64,000 bases of DNA from an uncultured Planctomycetales bacterium (GCA_964586025.1 CAZPGF010000003.1:10032-74031), one strand, 5' to 3'; shown: positions 10,342 through 22,074, numbered from the stretch's first letter. Made by a program: numbers and translations. Notes: generated from the letters alone by a model not told the origin.

Positions 10342-13300
10342 GCACCTTCGCGCTCTCGAGCGAGCAGGCGGTGGCGGTCCACCACGCCCGCGGTGACGCC
10401 GTCGTCGTCGCGGGAGCCGGCTCGGGCAAGACGCGCGTCCTCACGGCGCGTTTCGTCCACCTCGTCCGTGATCGCAGCATCCCCATCCGCTCGATCGCGG
10501 CCCTGACGTTCACCAAGCGCGCCGCGCGCGAGATGCGCGAACGGATCGCGGGCACGTTCGAGGCGCTTGGCGACACCGACGCCCTCGCCGAGATCGAGCG
10601 CGCCGAGATCGCCACGATCCACGCATGGTGTGCTTCGTTGTTGCGGCGTCATGCCGTCGCCGCCGGGGTCGATCCGGGCTTTCGCGTCCTCGACGAGGCC
10701 GGCGAGGCGGCGCTCCTGATCGCCGACGCGGCCGCCGCCGCCGACGCGCGGCTCGCCGAGGACGCGGCCGGGCGCGCCGCGATGAGGGCCATCGGGAGGT
10801 GGCTCTCCCCGCGCCCGCGCGCCGACCTCATTCGGCTGCTTCGCGCGGTGCGCGGGCAGGCGGGGAACGTCGCCGGACTCCGTTGGGCGCACGGGCCGGA
10901 CGTCGATCCGGCCTCCGTCGGCGCCGCGGTCGCCGACGCCTCCGCCGCGATCGCGTCGATCGACGTCGAGCCGGTCGTTCGCCGGGTGGTCGAACGGCGC
11001 CTCGAGGGCATCGCGCGCGCCCTCGACGACCCCACGCCCGAGGGACGCGCGTTCGCGCTGCTGGACGAAGCCGGGGCACTGCGGGACCTCTCGGTGTCGC
11101 GCCGCGCGCCGTGGACGAAGGCGCGCACCGCCCTGCTCCACGCGATCGATGCCCTGGCGGCATGCGACCTCGATCGAGTCGGCGAGACGCACCTCCTGCC
11201 GGCCCTTCGGGAGGTCCTCGGGGCGTACGACGACGCCTACGCGGAGGCCAAGCGCGACCGGGGCGTGCTCGACTTCGACGATCTGGAGCGCGGCGCTCTC
11301 GAGTTCCTCATGCGCCTCGAGCGCGAACAGCGGCCTCTCGAAGGCGCCCCGCGCGTCGTCCTCGTGGACGAGTTCCAGGACACGAACTCCGTGCAGGCGC
11401 GCCTGCTGGCCCACCTTCGACGGCAGGGGGCCGAGCAGATGGTCGTCGGCGACCCCAAGCAGAGCATCTACCGCTTTCGACGGGCCGATGTCCGCGTCCT
11501 GCTCGGCGAACGGAAACGCGTCGGCCCTGCGTCCGAGATCCTCCTTGCGACGTCCTATCGCGCCGCACCGGAACTCGTCGCCGTCGTCAACGGCCTCAAC
11601 GAACGTCTCTTCGCCGGCGGCGCCGCGGGCGTCGCGTACGAGCCGCTGCGCGCGGGGGGTCGCTTCGCGCCTCCCGCGTCGCCGGGAGAGCCTCCCGTCG
11701 AGATCCTCTTCGTCACTTGTCCCGGCCGGCCGATCGACGAGGGGACCCGTGTCGAAGCGCGGGCGGTCGCCGGCTGGATCCGCGCGCTCGTCGATGCGCG
11801 CATCCCACGCCGCAAGGCCGACGTGGACGGGCCGTTCGGCTTCGGCGACATCGCGATCCTCGTGCGCTCCCGGAAGCGGCTCGCCGTGTTCGAGCGGGCG
11901 CTGCTCGAGGCGGGGGTTCCCCATCGCGCCGTCGGCGGGCGCGGATGGCACCAGGCCGAGGAGATCGCCGACCTGCGCGATGCGCTCCGCGTGATCCACG
12001 ATCCCGAGGACCGTCACGCGGTCGCGGCGTTCCTGTCCGGTCCGATCGTGCGCGCGTCCGACGACGCGATCGTCGCCTGCTTCGAGCCGGACCGGGTCGA
12101 GTCGCCCTGGGACCTCTGGTGCGCCAACGCCTCGGACGACGCGGATCGCAGGGTGGCGACGGTCGTCGCGCGGCTCCGCGACGAAGCGGTGCTCGGCTCG
12201 TTGACCGCGGTGGTGGAGGGCGTGCTCGACGACCTCGGACTGTTCGCGGCGACCCTCGCCGGGCCCGACGGGATTCGACGCGCCGCCAACCTGCGCAAGG
12301 CGCTACCGATCGCGCGCGCCCTGGAGGAGGCCGGGCGTCGCGGGCTCGGCGACCTCCTGCGACAACTGGCGCGTCTGGACCAGGAGGGCGCCGACGAGGG
12401 CGATGCGCCGCTCGGCGGCGTCGCCGACGACACGGTCTTGCTGATGACGGTGCACGCGGCGAAGGGACTCGAGTTCCCGGTCGTGATCCTCGCCGACGTC
12501 GGGCGCGGCGTGTCGTCGGGGAACTCCGGGGCGATCGCGTTCGATCCCGAGCACGGCGTCGCGACGAAGCTTCGTTCGCCTCTGCTCGGTGTCGCGTATC
12601 CCTCGGCCGGGTACGCCGTCGCGGGCGAACGCGAACGGATCGCCGACGATCACGAGGCGCGTCGCCTGCTCTACGTCGCGACGACCCGCGCCGAGGAGAG
12701 GCTCCTGATCACGGGGGCGCTCGCCGGCGTGCAGAAGAACGGCCAGCCGAAGGGAATGAAGGGATGGGGGCGCGACCTGCTCACCGCCGTCGGCGTGTCG
12801 CCCGAAACGGCCGTGACGATCGTTCCGTGCGGAGAGGGCGCGGATGCGTCCGTTCGCGTGGCGATCGTCGACGCGGCCGACGTCCGGGAGGTCGCACGAC
12901 CCACCCCGACCGACGCCGCGATGGATACGGACGAGGTGAGCGTGCTGCTCGACGAGGTGCGTCGCGATCCGGCGCCGCTCGGCACCACCCGCTTCGTCGT
13001 CAGCGTCACCGAACTCGTCACGTTCGCCGATTCGCCGGCGCGTTGGTACGAGCAGGTCGCGCTCGGGATGGCGGGCCACGATGCTCGTCGCCTCGAGCTC
13101 GACGACGAGGAGCCTCGCGACGTTCGGGACGACGACGAAGCGTTCGCACGCGACCCCCGCGATCGGCATGCCGCGGCGATCGGCAACGCGGTCCACGCGT
13201 ACATCGAACGGTTCACGGGGCCGGATCGGTCCCTCGACCGGGATCTGCTCGACGAGGTGCTCGCGGACGCCTTCGGCGCCCCGGTCCCGAACGCCGCCGC

Positions 13301-13811
13301 CGAGCGCGCGCGAACGCTCGTCGAGCGCTTCCTCGGATGTCCCTTCGGCGCGCGACTCGCTCGGGAACTGGCCGCGGGCTCCGACGTCCGTCGCGAGATG
13401 TCGTTCCACGTGCGCGTGCGCTTCCCCGACGGACGACGCGTCGGGCCGTTCGAGGGCCTGCTCGTCCGCGGCAGCGTGGACCTGTGGCTGCCGACGGAGC
13501 GCGGCGTGCTGCTCGTCGATCACAAGACGGTCGTCCGTTCGTTCGCGCAGCCGACGCCGGAGGCGGTCGCCACGCGGCACGCCGTCCAACTCCGGCTCTA
13601 CGCGCTCGCCGCCGAACGGGTCGAGGGAGCGGACGTCGCCGGCGCAGGCCTCCTGTTGCTCGATCCGTCGTGGGGGCCGGAGCCGGTCTTCGCCACCGTG
13701 GACGTCGGTGGCGACGCCGCGCGCGAGACGCGCGAGCTCGTCGAGGCGTTCGCCCGCGCCGAGCTCGAACGTCGCCGACCCGCACGGTGGCGTGACCTGC
13801 TCGGGCCGTAG
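10338..13811 (+). CDS. addA: AddA-type UvrD/REP helicase with C-terminal PD-(D/E)XK nuclease
   Basis: AVAVHHARGDAVVVAGAGSGKTRVLTARF, FTKRAAREMRERI, VDEFQDTNSVQ, LATSYRAAPELV and a C-terminal nuclease motif GSVDLWLPTERGVLLVDHKT. Confidence 0.88.
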   Translation: MSTFALSSEQAVAVHHARGDAVVVAGAGSGKTRVLTARFVHLVRDRSIPIRSIAALTFTKRAAREMRERIAGTFEALGDTDALAEIERAEIATIHAWCASLLRRHAVAAGVDPGFRVLDEAGEAALLIADAAAAADARLAEDAAGRAAMRAIGRWLSPRPRADLIRLLRAVRGQAGNVAGLRWAHGPDVDPASVGAAVADASAAIASIDVEPVVRRVVERRLEGIARALDDPTPEGRAFALLDEAGALRDLSVSRRAPWTKARTALLHAIDALAACDLDRVGETHLLPALREVLGAYDDAYAEAKRDRGVLDFDDLERGALEFLMRLEREQRPLEGAPRVVLVDEFQDTNSVQARLLAHLRRQGAEQMVVGDPKQSIYRFRRADVRVLLGERKRVGPASEILLATSYRAAPELVAVVNGLNERLFAGGAAGVAYEPLRAGGRFAPPASPGEPPVEILFVTCPGRPIDEGTRVEARAVAGWIRALVDARIPRRKADVDGPFGFGDIAILVRSRKRLAVFERALLEAGVPHRAVGGRGWHQAEEIADLRDALRVIHDPEDRHAVAAFLSGPIVRASDDAIVACFEPDRVESPWDLWCANASDDADRRVATVVARLRDEAVLGSLTAVVEGVLDDLGLFAATLAGPDGIRRAANLRKALPIARALEEAGRRGLGDLLRQLARLDQEGADEGDAPLGGVADDTVLLMTVHAAKGLEFPVVILADVGRGVSSGNSGAIAFDPEHGVATKLRSPLLGVAYPSAGYAVAGERERIADDHEARRLLYVATTRAEERLLITGALAGVQKNGQPKGMKGWGRDLLTAVGVSPETAVTIVPCGEGADASVRVAIVDAADVREVARPTPTDAAMDTDEVSVLLDEVRRDPAPLGTTRFVVSVTELVTFADSPARWYEQVALGMAGHDARRLELDDEEPRDVRDDDEAFARDPRDRHAAAIGNAVHAYIERFTGPDRSLDRDLLDEVLADAFGAPVPNAAAERARTLVERFLGCPFGARLARELAAGSDVRREMSFHVRVRFPDGRRVGPFEGLLVRGSVDLWLPTERGVLLVDHKTVVRSFAQPTPEAVATRHAVQLRLYALAAERVEGADVAGAGLLLLDPSWGPEPVFATVDVGGDAARETRELVEAFARAELERRRPARWRDLLGP

Positions 13812-13823
13812 GATGCGCCCCTC

Positions 13824-14636
13824 ATGGCGCGAATCCGTACGTGGTCGGGTTGGGGCGTACTCGTCACCGGAGCGAGTTCCGGGATCGGGGCCGCGATCGC
13901 GCGACGGCTCGCGAGGGAGGGCGCGCGGCTGGTGCTCACGGCGCGCCGCGAGGACCGCCTCGCGGCGCTCGCAACGGAACTCAAGGAGCGCGGCGCGTCG
14001 GAGGTCCACCTCGTTCCCGAAGACCTCGGGGCGGAGGGAGGCGCGCGGCGCGTGGCCGAGACCGCGACGGAGCGGCTCCGGGGCGTCGAGTTCCTCGTGA
14101 ACAATGCCGGCTTTGCCGTGCCGGGACCTCTCGTCGCGGCGTCGTGGGAGCGTCTCGACGCGATGCTGCGGGTCAACGTCGAGGCGGCACTCGAACTCCA
14201 GCGCCGACTGCTTCCGCCGATGCTCGCGGCGCGCCGTGGCGCGATCCTCAACGTGGCGAGTCTCGCGGGCTTCCAGGCGTCGCCGTTCCAGGCGGTTTAC
14301 GGCGCGTCGAAGGCCTTCCTCCTGAACCTCTCCTGCGGAATCCATCAGGAGATGAGGGGACGCGGCGTCCATGTGACGGCCCTCTGTCCCGGCGTCACCG
14401 ACACGGAGTTCTTCGAAGCCGCGGGCTATCCGGAGCGAACCGGGTTCATGCGTCGGGCGATGGACGCCGATCGCGTGGCGCGCGCCGGTCTGCGAGCCGT
14501 CGCCAGGGGACGGATGCAGGTGGTTCCCGGCGCCATGAATCGAGCGGTGGTGCAGGTGCAGCGGTTCCTGCCGCGGACCTGGGTCGCCGCCGCGGCCCGC
14601 CGTGTCCTCGGCGCGCGCCCCCGACCGACCCGTTGA
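13824..14636 (+). CDS. SDR-family short-chain dehydrogenase/reductase
   Basis: TGASSGIGAAIARRLAREGARLVL, NNAG, YGASKAF catalytic YxxxK. Confidence 0.88.
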   Translation: MARIRTWSGWGVLVTGASSGIGAAIARRLAREGARLVLTARREDRLAALATELKERGASEVHLVPEDLGAEGGARRVAETATERLRGVEFLVNNAGFAVPGPLVAASWERLDAMLRVNVEAALELQRRLLPPMLAARRGAILNVASLAGFQASPFQAVYGASKAFLLNLSCGIHQEMRGRGVHVTALCPGVTDTEFFEAAGYPERTGFMRRAMDADRVARAGLRAVARGRMQVVPGAMNRAVVQVQRFLPRTWVAAAARRVLGARPRPTR

Positions 14637-14730
14637 CCGGCGCGAGTCGGATTCGGCCCGCGTCCACCGCCGCGGCGCCGGATCGGACGGGCCGCAGGAA
14701 GGGTCAGGCGTGCTACCTTCACCCGGCGTT

Positions 14731-14753
14731 CGGACGGGTCGGGAGCCCGTCCG
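14731..14753 (+). terminator. GC-rich stem-loop between the SDR gene and repeat-protein gene A (possible intrinsic terminator or attenuator)
   Basis: cggacggg tcgggag cccgtccg gives an 8-bp perfect stem with a 7-nt loop; no U-tract follows, as is common in high-GC genomes. Confidence 0.35.
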
Positions 14754-14791
14754 ACGGGCCTCTCGCCGGGAGCGGGGGCGCGGAGGGAACC

Positions 14792-16102
14792 GTGACGATC
14801 AGGCGTCTTGCGTTCGACGTGGTGTTCTGCGCGGCCCTCGGCCTCGCCGCGGCGATCCCGGGCGGATTCGGCGCGAGCGCCGCGTTCGCGGGCGACGACC
14901 TGCCGCCGGCGACGGCCGCGGTGATCGAGGCGAACGCCGGCAGCGACCCGGCCTGCGACGAGTGTCGCATCGAGACCCGCTGCGAGCCGATCTACGAGAC
15001 GGTCAAGGTGCCGATCTACGGCACGCGATCCGTGGCATGTACCCGCGAGGTCGAGGTGCCGGTCTACGCGACGATCGAAGTGCCCCGCTACGAGGAGCGC
15101 CGTGTCCCGGTGTTCGAGCGTCGCGAGGTGCCCCTCGTCGGCAAGCGCACGTACCCGGTCTACGAGGAGCGCCGAACGCCGATCGTCCACGTGGCACAGG
15201 CGCCGTGTCTGGAGTGCCGCGAGGTCCCGACCTTCGAGACGCGCTGGGTGCGCGACACGCAGCGGGAACTCGTGCCGGTCTACGAGAAGCGCAAGGTGCC
15301 CGCCTACGGGCTGCGCGATGTCCCCGACGAGCAGGTCGTCCTCCGCTCCACGTGGGGGACGATCGACGTGCCCGTCCGTCGGCGCGAACTCGAGCCCGTG
15401 ACCGAGTGCGTCGAGGTGCCCGTGACCGTTCACCGCGTGACGACGGACGTCCACGTCGGCTGCGACGAGTGCGGCTGTCCGACCTGCGAGGCGCAGCCGC
15501 CGAAGGCGGGTTCGGTCACGGTCGGGACGCGCACCGAGAAGCGCGTCGTCGACGTGCGGGCGGTCCCCGGGGAGATCTGCGGCACGCGGAAGGTGCCCGT
15601 GCGGACCGGCGAGGAGCGCACGACCGAGGTCGTCGGGACGAAGAAGGAGTGGGGCACGATCGGCTGCCGCGAGGAGACCGTCGTCTCGTGCTACCGGATC
15701 GAGGAGAGCCCCGGTGATTACCGTCCGGAGCGCGTCCGGACCGGAACCCGCTGCGAACTCCACGTGAAGGGCACCCAACTCGGCGCGCCGCGCGTCGTCG
15801 GCCACACCACGCACAAGGAGGCCGTGGGCACCGCGTGCGAGCCGGTGCCGTCCGGGTCGACGGTGAAGAGCGTGTTCGTCGGTTGGCGCGTCGAGAAGGT
15901 CTACGCGGGCTCCGAGATGCGCGAGGTGCAGATCGGCACCCGCCGGGTCACCGTCTGCGACGGTCACCGCGAGGAGCGCGTCCAGATCGGCGAGAAGGAG
16001 GAGGTCCGCTTCGTCGGCACGCGCAAGATCGAGGACCATGTCGGGCCCGCCCCGAAGCCCGCCTGCGGGTGCAAGGACGGTCCCGCGCGCGCGTCGAAGT
16101 GA
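14792..16102 (+). CDS. Secreted repeat protein A (VPVYE / VGTR-type short repeats, Cys pairs); function unknown
   Basis: GTG 14792 preceded by GGAGGGA. Signal peptide FDVVFCAALGLAAAIPGGFGASAAFA. N-half has repeats such as EVPVYATIEVPRYEERRVPVFERREVPLVGKRTYPVYEERRTP; C-half has VGTRTEKRVV / CGTRKVP / IGTRRVTV repeats; Cys-rich motifs CDECRIETRCEP, CDECGCPTCE, CGCKDG. Paralogous to the next gene. Confidence 0.65.
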   Translation: MTIRRLAFDVVFCAALGLAAAIPGGFGASAAFAGDDLPPATAAVIEANAGSDPACDECRIETRCEPIYETVKVPIYGTRSVACTREVEVPVYATIEVPRYEERRVPVFERREVPLVGKRTYPVYEERRTPIVHVAQAPCLECREVPTFETRWVRDTQRELVPVYEKRKVPAYGLRDVPDEQVVLRSTWGTIDVPVRRRELEPVTECVEVPVTVHRVTTDVHVGCDECGCPTCEAQPPKAGSVTVGTRTEKRVVDVRAVPGEICGTRKVPVRTGEERTTEVVGTKKEWGTIGCREETVVSCYRIEESPGDYRPERVRTGTRCELHVKGTQLGAPRVVGHTTHKEAVGTACEPVPSGSTVKSVFVGWRVEKVYAGSEMREVQIGTRRVTVCDGHREERVQIGEKEEVRFVGTRKIEDHVGPAPKPACGCKDGPARASK

Positions 16103-16130
16103 CCCGTCGCCGGGTTCGAGGAGGTCGCCC

Positions 16131-17228
16131 ATGCGTCGTCTGACGTCCGTTGCCCTCGGCGCCCTCGTCGCGTGGGGCGCCGCGGCCCACGGCGACGAGC
16201 CGGGTGCTCGCAGCGCTGCGCCCTACGTCGCCTCGTTGCCGCCGGTCTGCGGATGCACGACCCGCCGCGAGCACGTCCCCGCCGAGAAGGTCGGGCGGTT
16301 CGAGGTGCGTCACTTCACGCGGATCAATCCGACCTACGTCACCCGCCGACGCCCCCAGCTGCGCACCGAGTCGGTGCCGGTCTGGGGGACCAAGGACGTG
16401 CCGGTCTTCGAGGTGCGTCGCACGCCCCGCTACGAGGACGTCGAGATCACCGTGTACGGCTGGCGGGAGGTTCCCAACGTCATCGAGCGCAAGCGCGAGG
16501 TCTGGGAAACGGTCGAACGTCCGCGCCTGGTGACTCGGGAGGTCCCCGCCGAGCGGCTCGTGATCGATCCGGTCTATGCGAACGGCGAAGAACCGATCGA
16601 GCGCACCGTGCGCACGCCACGGGTCGAGTGCCAGACGGATCCGACGACCGGGCGCACCTGCCGCGTCGTCACCGGTCACGACGAGAAGGTCGTCAACGAG
16701 GGCACGCGTCGGTTCACGACGCTCACCGGGTATCGCTCGGAGGTCCGGCCGCACGGGATCCGGCTCGAATGGGCCGAAGAGGGCGTGCGCACCGAGCAGG
16801 TGTTCAAGGGCGTCGAGGTCGAGCGCATCGTGCAGGGAACGCGCCGCGAGCGTGTCGCGATCGGTTCACGCACCGAGCGGCGCCACGTCGGGTTCGACGA
16901 GGTGCGGATCCCCTGCGGCACGCGCCGGGAACGGGTCAAGGTGGGAACCCGCGACGTGACGCGCTGCGTGGGATGGCTCGAGGACCGCGAGCGGGTGGGA
17001 TTCGAGGAAGAGGAGGTCCCGTACACCTGGGAGTGCGTCGAGGAGTCCTGCGGTCCGTCCGGCACGCGCCCGGTCCGCGAACCGATCGCGCTTCCCGGTG
17101 TGTCCGTGACGGTCGTTCCCGACGGTTCGATCGGGCACGTGCTGCTGCCTGGGACGACGACGATGATGGGCGAGCGCGAGTTCGCGGCCGAACGCGCGCG
17201 TCGCGCCGCTCTCACGGCGCCGCGCTGA
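16131..17228 (+). CDS. Secreted repeat protein B (paralog of 14792-16102)
   Basis: ATG 16131 preceded by GAGGAGG. Signal peptide MRRLTSVALGALVAWGAAAHG. Same VPVFE / VGTR repeat architecture and a CGCTTRREHVP Cys motif. Confidence 0.65.
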   Translation: MRRLTSVALGALVAWGAAAHGDEPGARSAAPYVASLPPVCGCTTRREHVPAEKVGRFEVRHFTRINPTYVTRRRPQLRTESVPVWGTKDVPVFEVRRTPRYEDVEITVYGWREVPNVIERKREVWETVERPRLVTREVPAERLVIDPVYANGEEPIERTVRTPRVECQTDPTTGRTCRVVTGHDEKVVNEGTRRFTTLTGYRSEVRPHGIRLEWAEEGVRTEQVFKGVEVERIVQGTRRERVAIGSRTERRHVGFDEVRIPCGTRRERVKVGTRDVTRCVGWLEDRERVGFEEEEVPYTWECVEESCGPSGTRPVREPIALPGVSVTVVPDGSIGHVLLPGTTTMMGEREFAAERARRAALTAPR

Positions 17229-18015
17229 CCTTCGGGTCGAACGCGACCGCGATCGGACAGTGGTCCGACCCGACGACGTTCGGTTGGTGCCACGCGCCGA
17301 CGAGGTGATTGGCCGCCGCCGCCGTCGCGAGCGCGAGGTCGATGCGCCAGCCGATGTTCTTCTCGCGAACGCCGAATCGCTGGGACCACCACGTGTAGTG
17401 TCCGCCCCCCGACTCGAAGCGGCGGAAGGCGTCCACCCATCCGTTCCGGAACCAGACGTCGAGCGCCTCGCGCTCGACCGGGGTGAACCCGCTCGTGCCT
17501 ACATTCGCCTTCGGCCGCGCGAGATCGATCTCGCGATGCGCCGTGTTGAAGTCGCCGGTGACGACGACGCGCCCTCCGTCGCGCGCGATCCGATCGCCGA
17601 GATCGCGGACCGCCGCCGTGAACTCCAACTTGTACGGGATGCGCGACAGGTCGCGATCCTTCCCGTTGCCGTTCGGGAAGTAGGCCGAGAACACGGAGAA
17701 GCGTCCGAACCGCGCACCGACGAGGCGTCCTTCGACATCGAACCGCTCGTCGCCAAGCCCGTCGATCCACGCGTCCGGAGGGCGGCGTGAGAGCAGGGCG
17801 ACGCCGCTGTAGCCGGCGCGCGCCGCGGGGCGCACCCGCACCTGCCAGCCGTCGAGCGCGTCGCCGAGGGCCGCACGCATCTGCTCCTCGGTCGCGCGAA
17901 CCTCCTGCAGCGCCACGACGTCCGCTTCGGACTCGCGCAACCAGGCGAGGAGTCCCTTCGCCGCGGCCGAGCGGATCCCGTTGACGTTCCATGAAGCGAC
18001 GCGCATCGCGGCCAT
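17212..18015 (-). CDS. xth: Exodeoxyribonuclease III
   Basis: MAAMRVASWNVNGIRSAAAKGLLAWL...VALQE...GDFNTAHREIDL...SDHCPIAVAF. Start set by frame arithmetic within track ORF 17212..19965; the rest of that ORF is antisense to proS. Confidence 0.9.
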   Translation of the reverse strand: MAAMRVASWNVNGIRSAAAKGLLAWLRESEADVVALQEVRATEEQMRAALGDALDGWQVRVRPAARAGYSGVALLSRRPPDAWIDGLGDERFDVEGRLVGARFGRFSVFSAYFPNGNGKDRDLSRIPYKLEFTAAVRDLGDRIARDGGRVVVTGDFNTAHREIDLARPKANVGTSGFTPVEREALDVWFRNGWVDAFRRFESGGGHYTWWSQRFGVREKNIGWRIDLALATAAAANHLVGAWHQPNVVGSDHCPIAVAFDPKVSAAP

Positions 18016-18054
18016 CGTGCCCCGAGACGGACCGGCCGGGTAGCATCCCGCGCC

Positions 18055-19803
<1,749 letters not shown>

Positions 19804-19807
19804 ACCC

Positions 19808-20974
19808 TCACGGCTCGACCTGGCCGACGGCGCGGAGGCGTCCGATCGCCGCGGCGACGAGATGCGCCGCCTCGGCGAGGTCACCCGCCGTCGTCGTCGG
19901 ACCGAGCGTGAAGCGGACGACGGTGGAGGCGCGCGAGCGCTCGAAGCCCAACGCCGCGAGCACATGGCTCGCCTCGAGCGCAGCGCTCGAGCAGGCCGAG
20001 CCCGTGGCGAACGCCACGCCCGGCGCGCCGACGAGCAGGCTCTCGCCCTCGACGCCGGCGACCGCGATCGAGAGGTGGTTCGGCAGGCGCTCGACGGGAT
20101 GTCCGACGAGTTCGATGCCCGAAACCTCGGCGCGGAGTCGATCGAAGAAGGCGTCGCGGCGGGCTCGCACCGCGTCGCCCGGGTCGCCTTGCGACCGCAG
20201 GGCCGCGCAGGCCGCGCCGAGGCCGACCGCGCCGAGGACGTTCGGAACCCCCGCGCGCCGGCCGCCTTCCTCGGCGCCGCCGAGCAGGCGAGGCTTGATG
20301 CGGACCCTCGGCCGTCGTCTCCGGACGATCAACGCGCCGACCCCCGATGGGGCGCCGAGCGTCTCGGCGGAAAGGGAGAGGAGGTCGATCGGCGCCGCGT
20401 TCCATTCGAAGCGGGTCCAGGGCGCGGCGGCGACCGCGTCGGCGTGGAACGCGATGCCCCGCTCGCGACAGACGGCGCCCAGCGCCCCGAGATCCTGCGT
20501 CGTCCCGATCTCGGCGTTCGCGGCCTGGATCGAGACGAGCACGGTGTCGTCGCGCAACGCCGCCGCGAGCGCGTCGGCGCCGACGCGCCCGGTCGCGTCG
20601 ACCGAAAGACGGGTCACGAGGACCCCGCGTCGTTCCAGCCAAGCGATCGCGTCGAGCACCGCGCGCCCTTCGATCGCCGACACGACGATGTGGCGCGGCG
20701 CGCCCTCGAGCGCCTCGGCGACCCCCAGGATGGCGAGGTTGTCGGCCTCCGCCCCTCCCGAGGTGAACACGACCTCGGCCGGCTCCGCGCCGACCCAATC
20801 GGCGACCTGGGCCCGCGCGAACTCGATCGCCGCCTCGGCCGCCCACCCGATGCGATGCCCTCGCGCGCCGGGATGGCCGAACCGGTCCGTCGCCCACGGC
20901 GCGATCGCTTCGACGACCTCGGGCCGGAGCGGCGAGGCGCTGGCGTGGTCGAGGTAGATCGGGGTCGTCTTCAC
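19808..20974 (-). CDS. Cysteine desulfurase (NifS/IscS family, class V aminotransferase)
   Basis: IYLDHASASPLRPEVVEA...VVFTSGGAEADNLAILG...SACSSAALEASHVLAALG. Confidence 0.85.
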   Translation of the reverse strand: MKTTPIYLDHASASPLRPEVVEAIAPWATDRFGHPGARGHRIGWAAEAAIEFARAQVADWVGAEPAEVVFTSGGAEADNLAILGVAEALEGAPRHIVVSAIEGRAVLDAIAWLERRGVLVTRLSVDATGRVGADALAAALRDDTVLVSIQAANAEIGTTQDLGALGAVCRERGIAFHADAVAAAPWTRFEWNAAPIDLLSLSAETLGAPSGVGALIVRRRRPRVRIKPRLLGGAEEGGRRAGVPNVLGAVGLGAACAALRSQGDPGDAVRARRDAFFDRLRAEVSGIELVGHPVERLPNHLSIAVAGVEGESLLVGAPGVAFATGSACSSAALEASHVLAALGFERSRASTVVRFTLGPTTTAGDLAEAAHLVAAAIGRLRAVGQVEP

Positions 20975-20987
20975 GACCGCGATCCGA

Positions 20988-21959
20988 TCAGTGGATCCCC
21001 GCCGCGGCGAGCCACCGCTCGGCGTCGAGGGCGCCCATGCAACCGGATCCGGCCGCCGTGATCGCCTGGCGATAGACCTTGTCCGCGACGTCCCCGACCG
21101 CGAACACGCCGGGGATGTTCGTCTTCGTCGTGCCGGGCTCGGCCGGGACGATGTACCCCGTCTCGTCGGTCGTGATCTGGCCGCCGAGGAACCCGGTGTT
21201 GGGCTGGTGGCCGATCGCGATGAACAGCCCCTTCACGTCGAGGCGGCTCGACGCCCCCGTTCGGACGTCCTTCAGTTCGATCCCGTCGATCACCTTGTCG
21301 CCGTACACCTCGGTGACGACGCTGTTCCATGCGACCTCGACCTTCGGGTTCTTCAGCACGCGCTCCTGCATGATGCGCGAAGCGCGGAACTCGTCGCGCC
21401 GGTGGATGAGGGTGACCTTGCCGGCGTACTTCGTCAGGTAGTCGGTCTCTTCCATGGCGGTGTCCCCGCCACCGACCACCGCGAGATGCTGCCCGCGGAA
21501 CACGGGCAGTGCCCCGTCGCAGACCGCGCAGGCGCTGACGCCGCCTCCGCTCGACGCGAGGCGCTTCTCGTTCGCGAGGCCGAGCCAACGTGCCTTCGCG
21601 CCGGTCGCGATGATCACCGCGTGGGCGCGCACCGTGCCGCTCTCGCCGCTCACCAGTTCGAACGGCCGCTTGCCGAAGTCGCAGCGCACGATGTCGTCGG
21701 TGACGATGCGCGTCTCGAAGCGCTCCGCCTGGGCGCGGAGATCGGCCATCATCTGCTGGCCCGTGACACCGTGGGGGTAGCCCGGAAAGTTCTCGACCTC
21801 CGTCGTGAACATCAACTGCCCGCCGGGAATCATCTCCTGCGTCGGGAATCCCTCGAAGACGAGGGGCTGGAGGTTCGCGCGGGCTGCGTAGATCGCCGCG
21901 GTCCACCCGGCGGGGCCCGACCCGATGATCACCACCTTCTCGACGCCGTCCTCGCCCAT
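20988..21959 (-). CDS. trxB: Thioredoxin-disulfide reductase
   Basis: VVIIGSGPAGWTAAIYAARANL, redox-active CAVCDG, GGGDTAMEE. Start MGEDGVEK set by frame arithmetic; the upstream part of the track ORF is Arg-rich junk. Confidence 0.92.
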   Translation of the reverse strand: MGEDGVEKVVIIGSGPAGWTAAIYAARANLQPLVFEGFPTQEMIPGGQLMFTTEVENFPGYPHGVTGQQMMADLRAQAERFETRIVTDDIVRCDFGKRPFELVSGESGTVRAHAVIIATGAKARWLGLANEKRLASSGGGVSACAVCDGALPVFRGQHLAVVGGGDTAMEETDYLTKYAGKVTLIHRRDEFRASRIMQERVLKNPKVEVAWNSVVTEVYGDKVIDGIELKDVRTGASSRLDVKGLFIAIGHQPNTGFLGGQITTDETGYIVPAEPGTTKTNIPGVFAVGDVADKVYRQAITAAGSGCMGALDAERWLAAAGIH

Positions 21960-22074
21960 GACACCTCCGAACGGGCGCGACGGGCGCCCTGCATCGCGCG
22001 GAGGATACGGGGCGACCTCGCTCCTGGCGCGCGCGTCGGGACGGCTTGCCGGGGGATCGCCCGGGCACGCGTTC

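Noticed and set aside
5472-13795. Long overlapping ORFs 5472..7697(-), 6946..9570(-), 8184..10268(+), 10625..13795(+)
   Set aside because: All are antisense or alternative frames of fabH-like, addB and addA; the translations are RRRGRP-type junk without motifs.
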